From a virus (lineage: Duplodnaviria > Caudoviricetes): a stretch of DNA of 64,000 nucleotides. Shown here piece after piece: positions 26,756 through 34,920 of this stretch (positions are counted from its first letter, which is position 1; every line of letters starts with the position of its first letter). A program made the translations under genes and the position numbers. The notes beneath the pieces are model-generated. The model worked only from the letters and a program-made list of their open reading frames with translations. It was not told the DNA's origin and made no database searches. The stretch covers positions 39,500 to 103,499 of IMG/VR virus record IMGVR_UViG_3300005535_000018; one strand, 5' to 3'.

Positions 26756-27068
26756 GCGGGTGTGGCGGCGGCGTACGGCCGGCTGGCGTAAGCCGGCCGG
26801 CGTCGTCGACGTCACCCGGCCCGGCCAGTGGTGCAACCCGTACCGGGTCGGCCGGCCGTGGCGCGGCTACCGGGCCGCCGCCGACGCGGCTGAGGCGGTG
26901 TGGCTGTTCCGGACCCTGGTGGCCGAGAGCCCAACGTTCGTCGAGCTGGTGCGGGCCGAGCTGGCCGGGCGGGACCTGATGTGCTGGTGCCCGCTCGTCG
27001 ACAGCCGCGGCCGACCGATGCCCTGTCATGCCGATGTTCTTTTGGAGATCGCTAATGCGCCCCGTTGA
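26748..27068 (+). CDS. DUF4326-family protein
   Basis: GWRKP..V.VTRP..W.NP; LAGRDLMCWCP..CHADVL. Confidence 0.85.
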   Translation: MPERVWRRRTAGWRKPAGVVDVTRPGQWCNPYRVGRPWRGYRAAADAAEAVWLFRTLVAESPTFVELVRAELAGRDLMCWCPLVDSRGRPMPCHADVLLEIANAPR

Positions 27069-27080
27069 CTACGCGGCTCT

Positions 27081-27181
27081 GACCCCAGATCTTGGCGCGC
27101 ATGGCTGCCTACGCCGAGCTAGACCTAGGGCTGCCGGGGGAGCCGTGCCACGCGGACGTGTTGCTCGATCTCGCCAACCCC
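27081..27181 (+). pseudogene. Remnant: endonuclease-VII-like tail followed by a duplicate DUF4326 C-terminus
   Basis: PQILARMAAYAEL, then PCHADVLLDLANP in the same frame. Confidence 0.55.
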
Positions 27182-27186
27182 GCCCC

Positions 27187-27225
27187 TTGTGTCCCTAGGG
27201 ACACGGGTGTATCTTAGGGATACAC
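27187..27225 (+). promoter_or_regulatory. Repeated promoter/operator, copy 6
   Basis: TTGTGT-17-TATCTT; palindrome GTGTCCCTAGGGACAC. Confidence 0.8.
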
Positions 27226-27242
27226 AGGATGAGGGAGCCGAG

Positions 27243-27836
27243 ATGAACACGAGCACGATGACCCCCCGCGAGATCGACGAGATGCTGGCCGACCTCTACA
27301 TGGCCCGCCTCGCCAACGACCACGCCTACGAGATCGCGCTCAACGCCATCCACAGCGCCGTCGGCTCCCGCGAGTACGTCCGGGGCAGCTGGGCCCAGAA
27401 GGGCCACTACGTCAACCACATGACCGATGAGGCCGCAATCGGGGAGCAGCGCCGCCGCCTCGACGCGGGCGAGGTCGAGGCGTGGAACGTCGAGTACGCC
27501 GAGAGGCGGCTGGCCGCCCTCGACGCCTGCGACGCCGAGTACACCCGCATCATCGTCGCGAAGACGCCCCTCGACGACGAGTTCGCCCGTCGGCCCTGGT
27601 CGCGGTTCTTCCTCGTCACCTCGAGCGATGGGCACATCCACTCGTCGATGTCCTGCCAGACGTGCAGGTGGTCGACGACCTTCGGGTGGCTGCCCGAGCT
27701 GTCGGGCCAGACCGAGGCCGACGCCGTCGCGTTGCGCGGCCCGGCGCTGTGCACGGTCTGCTTCCCGTCGGCTCCGACCGAGTGGACCAGCGCCAAGCTC
27801 ACCAAGACGGGCCGGCTCAGCAAAGCGGCCCGCTGA
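27243..27836 (+). CDS. Conserved actinophage hypothetical protein
   Basis: WSRFFLV..GHIH..CxTC..WLPELSG..LCTVCFPSAP. Confidence 0.78.
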   Translation: MNTSTMTPREIDEMLADLYMARLANDHAYEIALNAIHSAVGSREYVRGSWAQKGHYVNHMTDEAAIGEQRRRLDAGEVEAWNVEYAERRLAALDACDAEYTRIIVAKTPLDDEFARRPWSRFFLVTSSDGHIHSSMSCQTCRWSTTFGWLPELSGQTEADAVALRGPALCTVCFPSAPTEWTSAKLTKTGRLSKAAR

Positions 27837-27843
27837 CCGCACG

Positions 27844-27883
27844 AAAGGGCCGCCGCCCCGGGTCACCCGGGCGGCGGCCCTTT
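27844..27883. terminator. Intrinsic terminator closing the cassette array
   Basis: AAAGGGCCGCCGCCC...GGGCGGCGGCCCTTT. Confidence 0.85.
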
Positions 27884-27994
27884 GCGTTGATCGGCTGCCC
27901 GGCCTGCGGCCGCGCGTCTACCATCTCGGGCAAAAGACGGACGAATCACCCCAAGACGGCGGGGGTGCCGCGCCGCGCTACCACGGGGGGCATC

Positions 27995-28837
27995 GTGACC
28001 ACACCGGCAACCGAGCGGCGCGTGGAGTACATGCCGCTCTCAGCCATCCACCGCGCCCCCCGCAACCCGAAACAGCACGACGCCACCGGCATCAGGGCCA
28101 GCCTCGCCCGCTTCGGCGTCGCCGACCTACCGGTGCTGGACGAGCGCACCGGCCAGCTCGTCTCCGGCCACGGCCGCCTCGACCAGTTCCACTACCTCGC
28201 CACCCTGCCGGCGGCCGCCCTCGAAGAGGTCGTGGGCCGGCCCGGCCTGCCGGGTGGGGTGCGCGTCGACGCCGACTCGGGGGAGTGGCTGGTGCCGGTC
28301 GTGCGGGGCTGGGCGTCGGCGACCGACGCCGAAGCCGAGGCGTACGTGATCGCCGCGAACAAGCTCACCGTCAACGGCGCCTGGGATGACACCGAGCTGG
28401 CCCGCATGTTGGCCGACCTCGTCGACGCCGACGGTGACCTGGCCGCCCTGACCGGCTTCGATTCGGGCGAGCTGGACGACCTGTTGATGCTGCTCGACCC
28501 GGGCCCGATCATCCACGACGCTGTGCCGGCCACCGGGGCCCGCTACGCCGAGACCGACGAGCAGGAGGCCGTGCGTGACGAACGCATCGCCGGCTACCAG
28601 CCCGCCGTCGACCGGGCCGGCGGCTTCTCGGAGGTGATCCTGGTCTACCCGCGCGAAGACCGGGAGGAGTTCGGCCGCCTCGTCGCCGACGCCCGCGAAG
28701 TGTTGGGCGTCGACCTGCGCGCCGCCGACATCGCCCTGCGGGCGATGCGGGTGCTGGCCGCGGTCCTCGACGCCCGCCACGACCCCAACCCCATCACCGG
28801 CGCTGGCCTCGCCCGCCACGCCGGCTGGGCGCAGTGA
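27995..28837 (+). CDS. ParB/Srx N-terminal domain protein
   Basis: PRNPKQH..IRASLARFG..VSGHGRL..AYVIAANKL. Confidence 0.85.
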   Translation: MTTPATERRVEYMPLSAIHRAPRNPKQHDATGIRASLARFGVADLPVLDERTGQLVSGHGRLDQFHYLATLPAAALEEVVGRPGLPGGVRVDADSGEWLVPVVRGWASATDAEAEAYVIAANKLTVNGAWDDTELARMLADLVDADGDLAALTGFDSGELDDLLMLLDPGPIIHDAVPATGARYAETDEQEAVRDERIAGYQPAVDRAGGFSEVILVYPREDREEFGRLVADAREVLGVDLRAADIALRAMRVLAAVLDARHDPNPITGAGLARHAGWAQ

Positions 28838-29745
28838 TGGACGGCGACGCCTTCGCCGACCTGGTGATGTTCGCCCGGCTCGAGGTTGCCGCCGCCGACA
28901 TCGAACCGTGGGCGGCGATCTTGGAGCACCTCCACCGCGGCGGCTACCTCGACGACGAAGAGGCCCTGTGGGCCGTCAAGCTGTACAACGCCACCGACGA
29001 CCTCGGCACGACGTGGCGGCTACGCGACCGGTGGCCCACCCCGGCCGCCTGGAGCTCCGACCTCGACCACACCTTTGCCCGGGGGCTGCCCCTGTCCCGC
29101 GAGAGGCGCAACCTGCGCGGCGGCCGCATCACCCAGCACCTCGACTCATACCTGGCGCACCTGCACGGCCAGACCCAGTCGACGTGGCTGTGGGAGGCAG
29201 TGCCGCCCGGCGCCACCCCCACCGAGGCGTTCGGCACCCTCATCCCGTACCTGCGCCGCGTGTGGGGCGTCGGCCGGCAGACCGCGTTCGAGTGGTGCGA
29301 GTTCGTCGCGAAGGTCGGCGGGTTGCCCGTCGAGGCGCCCGACGCCTACCTGTGGGAGTCCAGCGGCCCCCGCGAGTCGCTCGAGCGGCTCTACAACCGC
29401 GGCGCCCCGGCCCCGTCGCCGCAGTGGCTCAACACCGTCGCCGCCGACTGCCGCGCCGCCCTCGCCGCCGCCGGGGTGGCCCTGACGTGGTGGGACTTCG
29501 AGACCGTCATCTGCGACTTCAAGGTCATGTGCAAGGGCCGCTACTACCCGGGCCAGCACATCGCCATGATCCGCGAAGAGATCGAAGGGCTGCCCGACCC
29601 GCACCGCGGCCACCTGCGCCGCGCCCTGCAGGCCGTCGTCCCGGCCCCCTGGTGCGACGTGCCGCCCGGCCCAGACAAGGCCCTGGCCCGCGCCTACCGC
29701 GACACCGGAGCGATCACCACACCCCTGGAAGGGGCCACCGTATGA
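28834..29745 (+). CDS. Amino acid:DNA transferase-like (aGPT-Pplase, HhH-glycosylase fold)
   Basis: VWGVGRQTAF HhH; ETVICDFK..GRYYPG; gene context. Confidence 0.72.
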   Translation: MMDGDAFADLVMFARLEVAAADIEPWAAILEHLHRGGYLDDEEALWAVKLYNATDDLGTTWRLRDRWPTPAAWSSDLDHTFARGLPLSRERRNLRGGRITQHLDSYLAHLHGQTQSTWLWEAVPPGATPTEAFGTLIPYLRRVWGVGRQTAFEWCEFVAKVGGLPVEAPDAYLWESSGPRESLERLYNRGAPAPSPQWLNTVAADCRAALAAAGVALTWWDFETVICDFKVMCKGRYYPGQHIAMIREEIEGLPDPHRGHLRRALQAVVPAPWCDVPPGPDKALARAYRDTGAITTPLEGATV

Positions 29746-30848
29746 ACACCGCCACCACCGACCCGCGGGCCGCGGCCCGGTTCATGGGCACCTACTCGCG
29801 GCGCTTCGCCGCCGGAGCGTTCGCCACCCCGACCGCGGCCGAGATTGCCCGCCTGGTCGAGGCCGGCGACGGGTGGCACGAGTGGCCCGGCGTGGCGGCC
29901 GCGTCGCGGCATTTGACCCGCGACTCGACCCGCCGCGACTTCACCGGCCGGCCCTATCTGCTGCTGGGCGGGGCCCGCGTCATCACGCACCTCGCCGCCG
30001 ACCCGGACGCCACCCTGCCCGACCTCGACCGCTTCGACTGGGTCTACGCCTACGTCGAGGACACCAACATCACCGCGCAGCTGCGGGCGCAGGGCCGGGA
30101 GGTGCGGGCGGTGCGGATCTCCGCCGCCAGCGAGATCATCGCCTGCTGGGGGCGGCCCGGCACAGGCACCCCCACCGACAAGGTCGACGCGGCGACCCTG
30201 GTGCGTATCCCGCTGACCGTGTTGGCGCCGCTGCGGGCCCGCATGGCCGCCGAGGCCGCCGCGATCGACTCCTGGCACGACGACTTCCCGTTCTACTCCG
30301 ACGGGTCGTGGGCTGCGGTGTCGCTGCGCGGGTTCAACCCGGCCGACCCGACGTGGGGAATCAAGCCGGCCGAGATGTCGAAGAGCTGGTGGGCGGCGCA
30401 TCCGGAGGCCGAGCAGTACGACCGGTGCGACTGGACTGTGCTGGCGAAGCGGTGCCCGGCGATCGTCGACATGATCGAGTCGGTGGACTGGTGGCCCGGG
30501 CTGGAGCGGGTCCGGCTGCTGCGCATGGCTGGCCGCGACGGCAAGGGCGGCGCGTTGGCCCGCCACACCGACGTCACCGACCGGGCCGCCGGCACCGGCG
30601 ACGGGCAGATCGTCCGGTTCCACATTCCGCTCGTCACCGCCCCGAAGATCACGATGTCGGCGTGGAACCTCGACGGGCGCCGCACCGACCGGCACCTGCC
30701 GGCCTGGTCAATGTGGTACCTCGACGCCCGCAAACCCCACGCCGTCACCAACCGGGCCGGCATCGACCGCATCCACCTCGTCGTGGATGTGGTGGCCGAC
30801 GAACGCACCCGCGCGGCGATCGTGGCGGGCGAGGACGCGGCGGCGTGA
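29742..30848 (+). CDS. Asp/Asn beta-hydroxylase-like 2OG-Fe(II) oxygenase with an extra N-terminal domain
   Basis: RVRLLRM; HTD; RFHIPL; KPHAVTN; RIHLVVD. Confidence 0.82.
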   Translation: MNTATTDPRAAARFMGTYSRRFAAGAFATPTAAEIARLVEAGDGWHEWPGVAAASRHLTRDSTRRDFTGRPYLLLGGARVITHLAADPDATLPDLDRFDWVYAYVEDTNITAQLRAQGREVRAVRISAASEIIACWGRPGTGTPTDKVDAATLVRIPLTVLAPLRARMAAEAAAIDSWHDDFPFYSDGSWAAVSLRGFNPADPTWGIKPAEMSKSWWAAHPEAEQYDRCDWTVLAKRCPAIVDMIESVDWWPGLERVRLLRMAGRDGKGGALARHTDVTDRAAGTGDGQIVRFHIPLVTAPKITMSAWNLDGRRTDRHLPAWSMWYLDARKPHAVTNRAGIDRIHLVVDVVADERTRAAIVAGEDAAA

Positions 30849-30849
30849 C

Positions 30850-31410
30850 GTGGAGCTGCTGTACGTGGCCGGGCCGCCGTGCGCGGGCAAGTCGACCCTG
30901 ATGGCGGCGTTGACGGCCGGCTGCGAACGGGCCCCGGCCGACCTGCCCGTGCCGCACAGTCGGCTGATCGACCCGGCCGACGGGAGCGTGGTCGGGGCCG
31001 AGCTGGGCCGTGACCGGGCCGGGTTCCCCGGCACCGACGCCCTCGGCATGGCGGTGTCGCCGGTGGCGTGCCGGTGGGTGCAGGGCGGCGGGCCGGCGTT
31101 GCTGCTCGCCGAAGGGGACCGCCTCGCCCATATGGGGTTCCTGCGGGCCGCCGCGGCGGGCGGCTACGCCGTCACCCTCGCCCACCTCAACGCCCCGGCC
31201 GAGGTGCTCGACGAGCGGTGCGGGTGGCGCGGCTCGACCCAGAACGACGCCTGGCGACGCGGCCGCGCCACGAAGGCCGCCCGGCTCGCCACCGCGGCCG
31301 CCGCCGCCGGGCTGGCTGTGACCAGCCTCGACGCGGCCGACCCGGTCGACGAGCTGGTGACGCAACTCAGGACCGCCGTGCCGGCCCTGTCGGCCCTACC
31401 GGAGGCATAG
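30850..31410 (+). CDS. P-loop nucleotide kinase (base-modification type)
   Basis: GPPCAGKST; FPGTDAL; EGDRL; RGSTQN. Confidence 0.82.
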   Translation: MELLYVAGPPCAGKSTLMAALTAGCERAPADLPVPHSRLIDPADGSVVGAELGRDRAGFPGTDALGMAVSPVACRWVQGGGPALLLAEGDRLAHMGFLRAAAAGGYAVTLAHLNAPAEVLDERCGWRGSTQNDAWRRGRATKAARLATAAAAAGLAVTSLDAADPVDELVTQLRTAVPALSALPEA

Positions 31411-32319
31411 ATGACGACGGTCCACACAGAGGTGAGACTCCGCACGCGGGTGTCGGAGGACGCCATCCGGGAGCACCTCAGCGGGCGGGTGCTCGGCCCG
31501 GCCGACTACGACGTGCTGCTGACCGGGCCGACCCGGGTCCGTAAACCGGACGGGCGGCCGCTGTGCGTCTACCTTCCCGGCGCCCTGGCCGAACAGGTCG
31601 CCGAACCCGCCGTGTACGAGGTGCTGCACTCCCTGCGGGACCGGCTGACCAAGAACCGCGGCGCCGCGTCGGGCACGCGGCGCCTGCGCGGCGGCAACGT
31701 GCGCCGCTCCTACGCCCTCGAAACCGCGTCGGCCGTGATCGGGGCAGTCGACCCGATGGGGCAGATCCGCTACTGCCGGCTGACGGCCTGGACCGGCGAG
31801 AACCTGCCCCAGTGGCGCATCCTGCAGCCGCTGCTCGCCGAGGTCGCCGCCAACTTCGCCCAGCACGTACCGGACCGCTACGCCGCCCAGCTCGCCGAGG
31901 CGGCCCGCACCGACCCGGCGTGGGTCGTGCCCGGCACCCCGTTCAGCACCGTCACGGTCAACAACACCTACCCGACCGGAGTCCACAAGGACAAGGGCGA
32001 CCTGGACAAGGGGTTCTCCACGATCGGGGTGCTGCGCCGCGGCTCCTACATCGGCGGCCACCTCGTGTTCCCCGCCTGGCGGGTGGGGGTCGACCTGCAC
32101 GACGGCGATCTGATCCTGATGGACGCCCACGACTGGCACGGCAACACCGTGATCGTGTGCGAGTGCGGGCGGGAGGCCCGCGGCGCGTGCCCCGACTGCG
32201 GCGCCGAACGCATCAGCGTCGTGTCGTACTTCCGGACGAAGGTCGCCGACTGTGGCAGCCCGGACGAGGAGCTGACCCGCGGCGACGCCCGCCGGGCCGC
32301 CCTCGCCCCGGCCGACTAA
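31411..32319 (+). CDS. TET/JBP-family 2OG-Fe(II) dioxygenase
   Basis: CRLTAW; PFSTVTVN; HKDKGD; WHGN; RISVVSYFR. Confidence 0.87.
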   Translation: MTTVHTEVRLRTRVSEDAIREHLSGRVLGPADYDVLLTGPTRVRKPDGRPLCVYLPGALAEQVAEPAVYEVLHSLRDRLTKNRGAASGTRRLRGGNVRRSYALETASAVIGAVDPMGQIRYCRLTAWTGENLPQWRILQPLLAEVAANFAQHVPDRYAAQLAEAARTDPAWVVPGTPFSTVTVNNTYPTGVHKDKGDLDKGFSTIGVLRRGSYIGGHLVFPAWRVGVDLHDGDLILMDAHDWHGNTVIVCECGREARGACPDCGAERISVVSYFRTKVADCGSPDEELTRGDARRAALAPAD

Positions 32320-32330
32320 GGCGGCGGGCC

Positions 32331-32924
32331 GTGCCTTCTGTGACGCTGCCGACGTTGCCGCTCGACCCGGGCCGTGACCCTTGGGACCGGCAACCCGACG
32401 AGACGACGCTGCGCTACGACCAGTTCCGGCTCTACCTCGACGCGGGGCGGGGCCGCACCCTGCGCAAGGTTGCCGAAACCCTTGCACGTCACCCGGCCTA
32501 CGTGCGGGCGGTCGCGGCCGCGTACCGGTGGGTGGAGCGGGCCGAAGCCCAAGACCGGCACCGCGACGACCTGCACGAGAAGGTGTGGCTGGAGGAGCGG
32601 CGCAAGGCCGCCGAACGGGACAGTGCCCTGCTCAACGCCGCCGTCGGGAAGGTCGCCGGCCGGCTCCAGACGCTGCTGCCCGAGGAGCTGGACCCGGCGG
32701 ACCTGGTGCGCATGTTGGACGTCGTCATGCGGCACCGGCGGGCCCTGTTCGGCGACCCGGGGCTGACGGTGGCGGTGACCGGCCCGGGCGGCGACCCCCT
32801 CGCGGTGCAGTTGGCCGAGCTGGCGGCGATGACGGCGGACCAACGCCGCTCCGCGATCGCGGACCTGACCGCGGCCGTGGCCCGCCGGTCACGGGCGTCG
32901 GCCGGTGGGGACGACGATGAATGA
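32331..32924 (+). CDS. Terminase small subunit (putative)
   Basis: PWDRQPDE..F..YLD.G..R.L..VA; WVERA; precedes TerL. Confidence 0.7.
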   Translation: MPSVTLPTLPLDPGRDPWDRQPDETTLRYDQFRLYLDAGRGRTLRKVAETLARHPAYVRAVAAAYRWVERAEAQDRHRDDLHEKVWLEERRKAAERDSALLNAAVGKVAGRLQTLLPEELDPADLVRMLDVVMRHRRALFGDPGLTVAVTGPGGDPLAVQLAELAAMTADQRRSAIADLTAAVARRSRASAGGDDDE

Positions 32925-34504
32925 CGGGCCCCGACCGGGCCGGCGAGCTGGCCACCGCCGATGACCTGACGGTCTATTCGACGCTGCTGGCTGCGCAGCG
33001 GTCCCTGGCGGGTGACCTGCTGGTCGACCCGGCGACGATGGCGCGGGGGCTGGACGGCGAGTACCGCATGCGCCCGCACCTGCGGGTGATCGGGGCGGCG
33101 ATGGCGGGGGTGCTGGCCGGTGCCTATGACCGGCTGCTCGTGATCACGCCCCCGCAGGTCGGCAAGTCCACCCTCGTCGGCGAGTGGGGCGTGATGTGGT
33201 GGCTCGCGAACCGGCCCACCGACGACGTTGTGATCGCCTCCTACGGGGCTGACCTGGCCGAGGCCCGGTCGAAGGCCGTCCGGGCGTTGATCATCGCCCA
33301 CGGCGGCGAGTACGGGCTGCGCCCGTTGCGCGGCTCCAACGCGGCCAAAGACTGGCGCCTGGAGTCCGGAGCGCACCTGCGGGCGATTGGTGTGGGCGGT
33401 GGGCTGTCCGGCTTCCCGGCGAACCTCCTGGTCGTCGACGACCCACACGCTGACCGGGCCGAAGCCGAGTCGCCCCGCATCAGGGGCGCCGTGCATGACT
33501 GGTGGTCGTCGACCGCGTCGACCCGGCTGCAACCCGACATGGGGGCGGTGATCTGTGTCCAGACCCGATGGCACCTCGACGACTTCGCCGGCCGGCGCCT
33601 CGAGGAGGAAGGCCGCATCGAAGACGGCGGCCGGTGGAAGGTGGTCCACCTGCCCGCCATCGCGGACCCCCGCTTCGGCGTCGACCCGCTCGGCCGCCAG
33701 CCGGGGGAGCCCCTGACCCACCCGAAGATCCGCACCAGCGACACGGCGGCGCTGGTGGCGTGGTGGCAGGGCAAGAAGGCCGGCTCGCTCGTGCGGGACT
33801 GGCATTCGCTGTACCAGGGCGACCCGCAACCCGCCGCTGGGGCGTTGGTGACGGCCGAGGTGCTGCGCAACATCCGCGACGCCAAGACCGAGGTCGAGCC
33901 GCAACGCATCGCCGTCGCGGTTGACCCGTCGGGCGGGGGCCGCGACGTCGCCGGCATCATCGGCGGCTTCCTCGGCGACGACGGCCGGCTGTGGATCACC
34001 GACGACGTCTCCGCGGTCATGTCGTCGGAGGAGTGGTCGCTGGCCGCGGTGCGCCTGGCCTACGACATCGGCGCCTCAGTGATCGTCGTCGAGACCAACT
34101 ACGGCGGCGACATGGCCACGCTGGTGCTGCGCACTGCCTGGGCGACGATGGCCCGCGAAGGCGAGATCGACGCCGAGGAACTGTGCCCGCTGATCAGGGT
34201 CGTGCGGGCCCGGCAAGGCAAGCTGCTGCGGGCTGAGCCGATCGCCCAGCAGATGTTCATGGACCGGGTGCGGCTGCGGGGCCTGTTCGTGGACCTTGAG
34301 CGGGAGTGGATGACGTGGCAGCCCACCGACCCGCTGTCGCCCGGGCGCATCGACGCCTCGGTGTACCTCGCCTACGCGTTGTTGCCGATCCCGTCGATTG
34401 GGGCGCAGTTCGCCACCCCGTCCGGGTCGATGCCGACCAGTGCCGTGTCGCCGCTGGGCGGCCAGTCGGCGGAGGCGACGACCACGGTGTCGCCCCTGGG
34501 CTGA
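32921..34504 (+). CDS. Terminase large subunit
   Basis: PPQVGKST; LVVDDP; QTRWHLDD; VAVDPS; RIDA. Confidence 0.95.
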   Translation: MTGPDRAGELATADDLTVYSTLLAAQRSLAGDLLVDPATMARGLDGEYRMRPHLRVIGAAMAGVLAGAYDRLLVITPPQVGKSTLVGEWGVMWWLANRPTDDVVIASYGADLAEARSKAVRALIIAHGGEYGLRPLRGSNAAKDWRLESGAHLRAIGVGGGLSGFPANLLVVDDPHADRAEAESPRIRGAVHDWWSSTASTRLQPDMGAVICVQTRWHLDDFAGRRLEEEGRIEDGGRWKVVHLPAIADPRFGVDPLGRQPGEPLTHPKIRTSDTAALVAWWQGKKAGSLVRDWHSLYQGDPQPAAGALVTAEVLRNIRDAKTEVEPQRIAVAVDPSGGGRDVAGIIGGFLGDDGRLWITDDVSAVMSSEEWSLAAVRLAYDIGASVIVVETNYGGDMATLVLRTAWATMAREGEIDAEELCPLIRVVRARQGKLLRAEPIAQQMFMDRVRLRGLFVDLEREWMTWQPTDPLSPGRIDASVYLAYALLPIPSIGAQFATPSGSMPTSAVSPLGGQSAEATTTVSPLG

Positions 34505-34575
34505 ACAGGAAGCCTTGCGGTGAACCCCGCCAAACGCCGGACGATTTCCGGTGATACGCCCCTATAGTCAGGATT

Positions 34576-34920
34576 ATGTCGGTATGGCCGTGGGTGGTGT
34601 ATGCCCTGGCAGTCGCCCGCATCACCGGCCTCATCGCCGCCGACGAGATCAGCCGGCCGGCCCGTGAATGGATCGTCGAGCACCTTCCGCTCTGGCGCTT
34701 CTCCGTTGCGTTCGAATACCTGCTGACCTGCGTCTGGTGTGTGTCCTTGTGGGTGGCGGCTGGCACCGTGGCCCTCGCGTGGCATTGGGGTGGGCGGGCC
34801 TGGCTGGTGGGTCCGGCCCTCGCCCTCGCGCTCAGCCAGGTCGCCGGCATGGTGTCGCCGCTGGGCCGGCCGGCCCCTCAACCCGCACCCGACAGTGACG
34901 ACGCCGCGGTGACGCCATGA
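34576..34920 (+). CDS. DUF1360-like membrane protein
   Basis: ARITGLI..D.I; LLTCVWCVSLW; TATAGT 7 nt upstream (leaderless-type). Confidence 0.75.
   Translation: MSVWPWVVYALAVARITGLIAADEISRPAREWIVEHLPLWRFSVAFEYLLTCVWCVSLWVAAGTVALAWHWGGRAWLVGPALALALSQVAGMVSPLGRPAPQPAPDSDDAAVTP

Noticed and set aside
21630-27225. Repeated elements as a CRISPR array
   Set aside because: The spacers are whole genes of 0.5-2.3 kb, the repeats carry promoter boxes, and no cas genes are present.
27995-28837. ParB as the partition partner of ParA
   Set aside because: It is 7 kb away, lacks an obvious HTH and is coupled to the modification/terminase operon.
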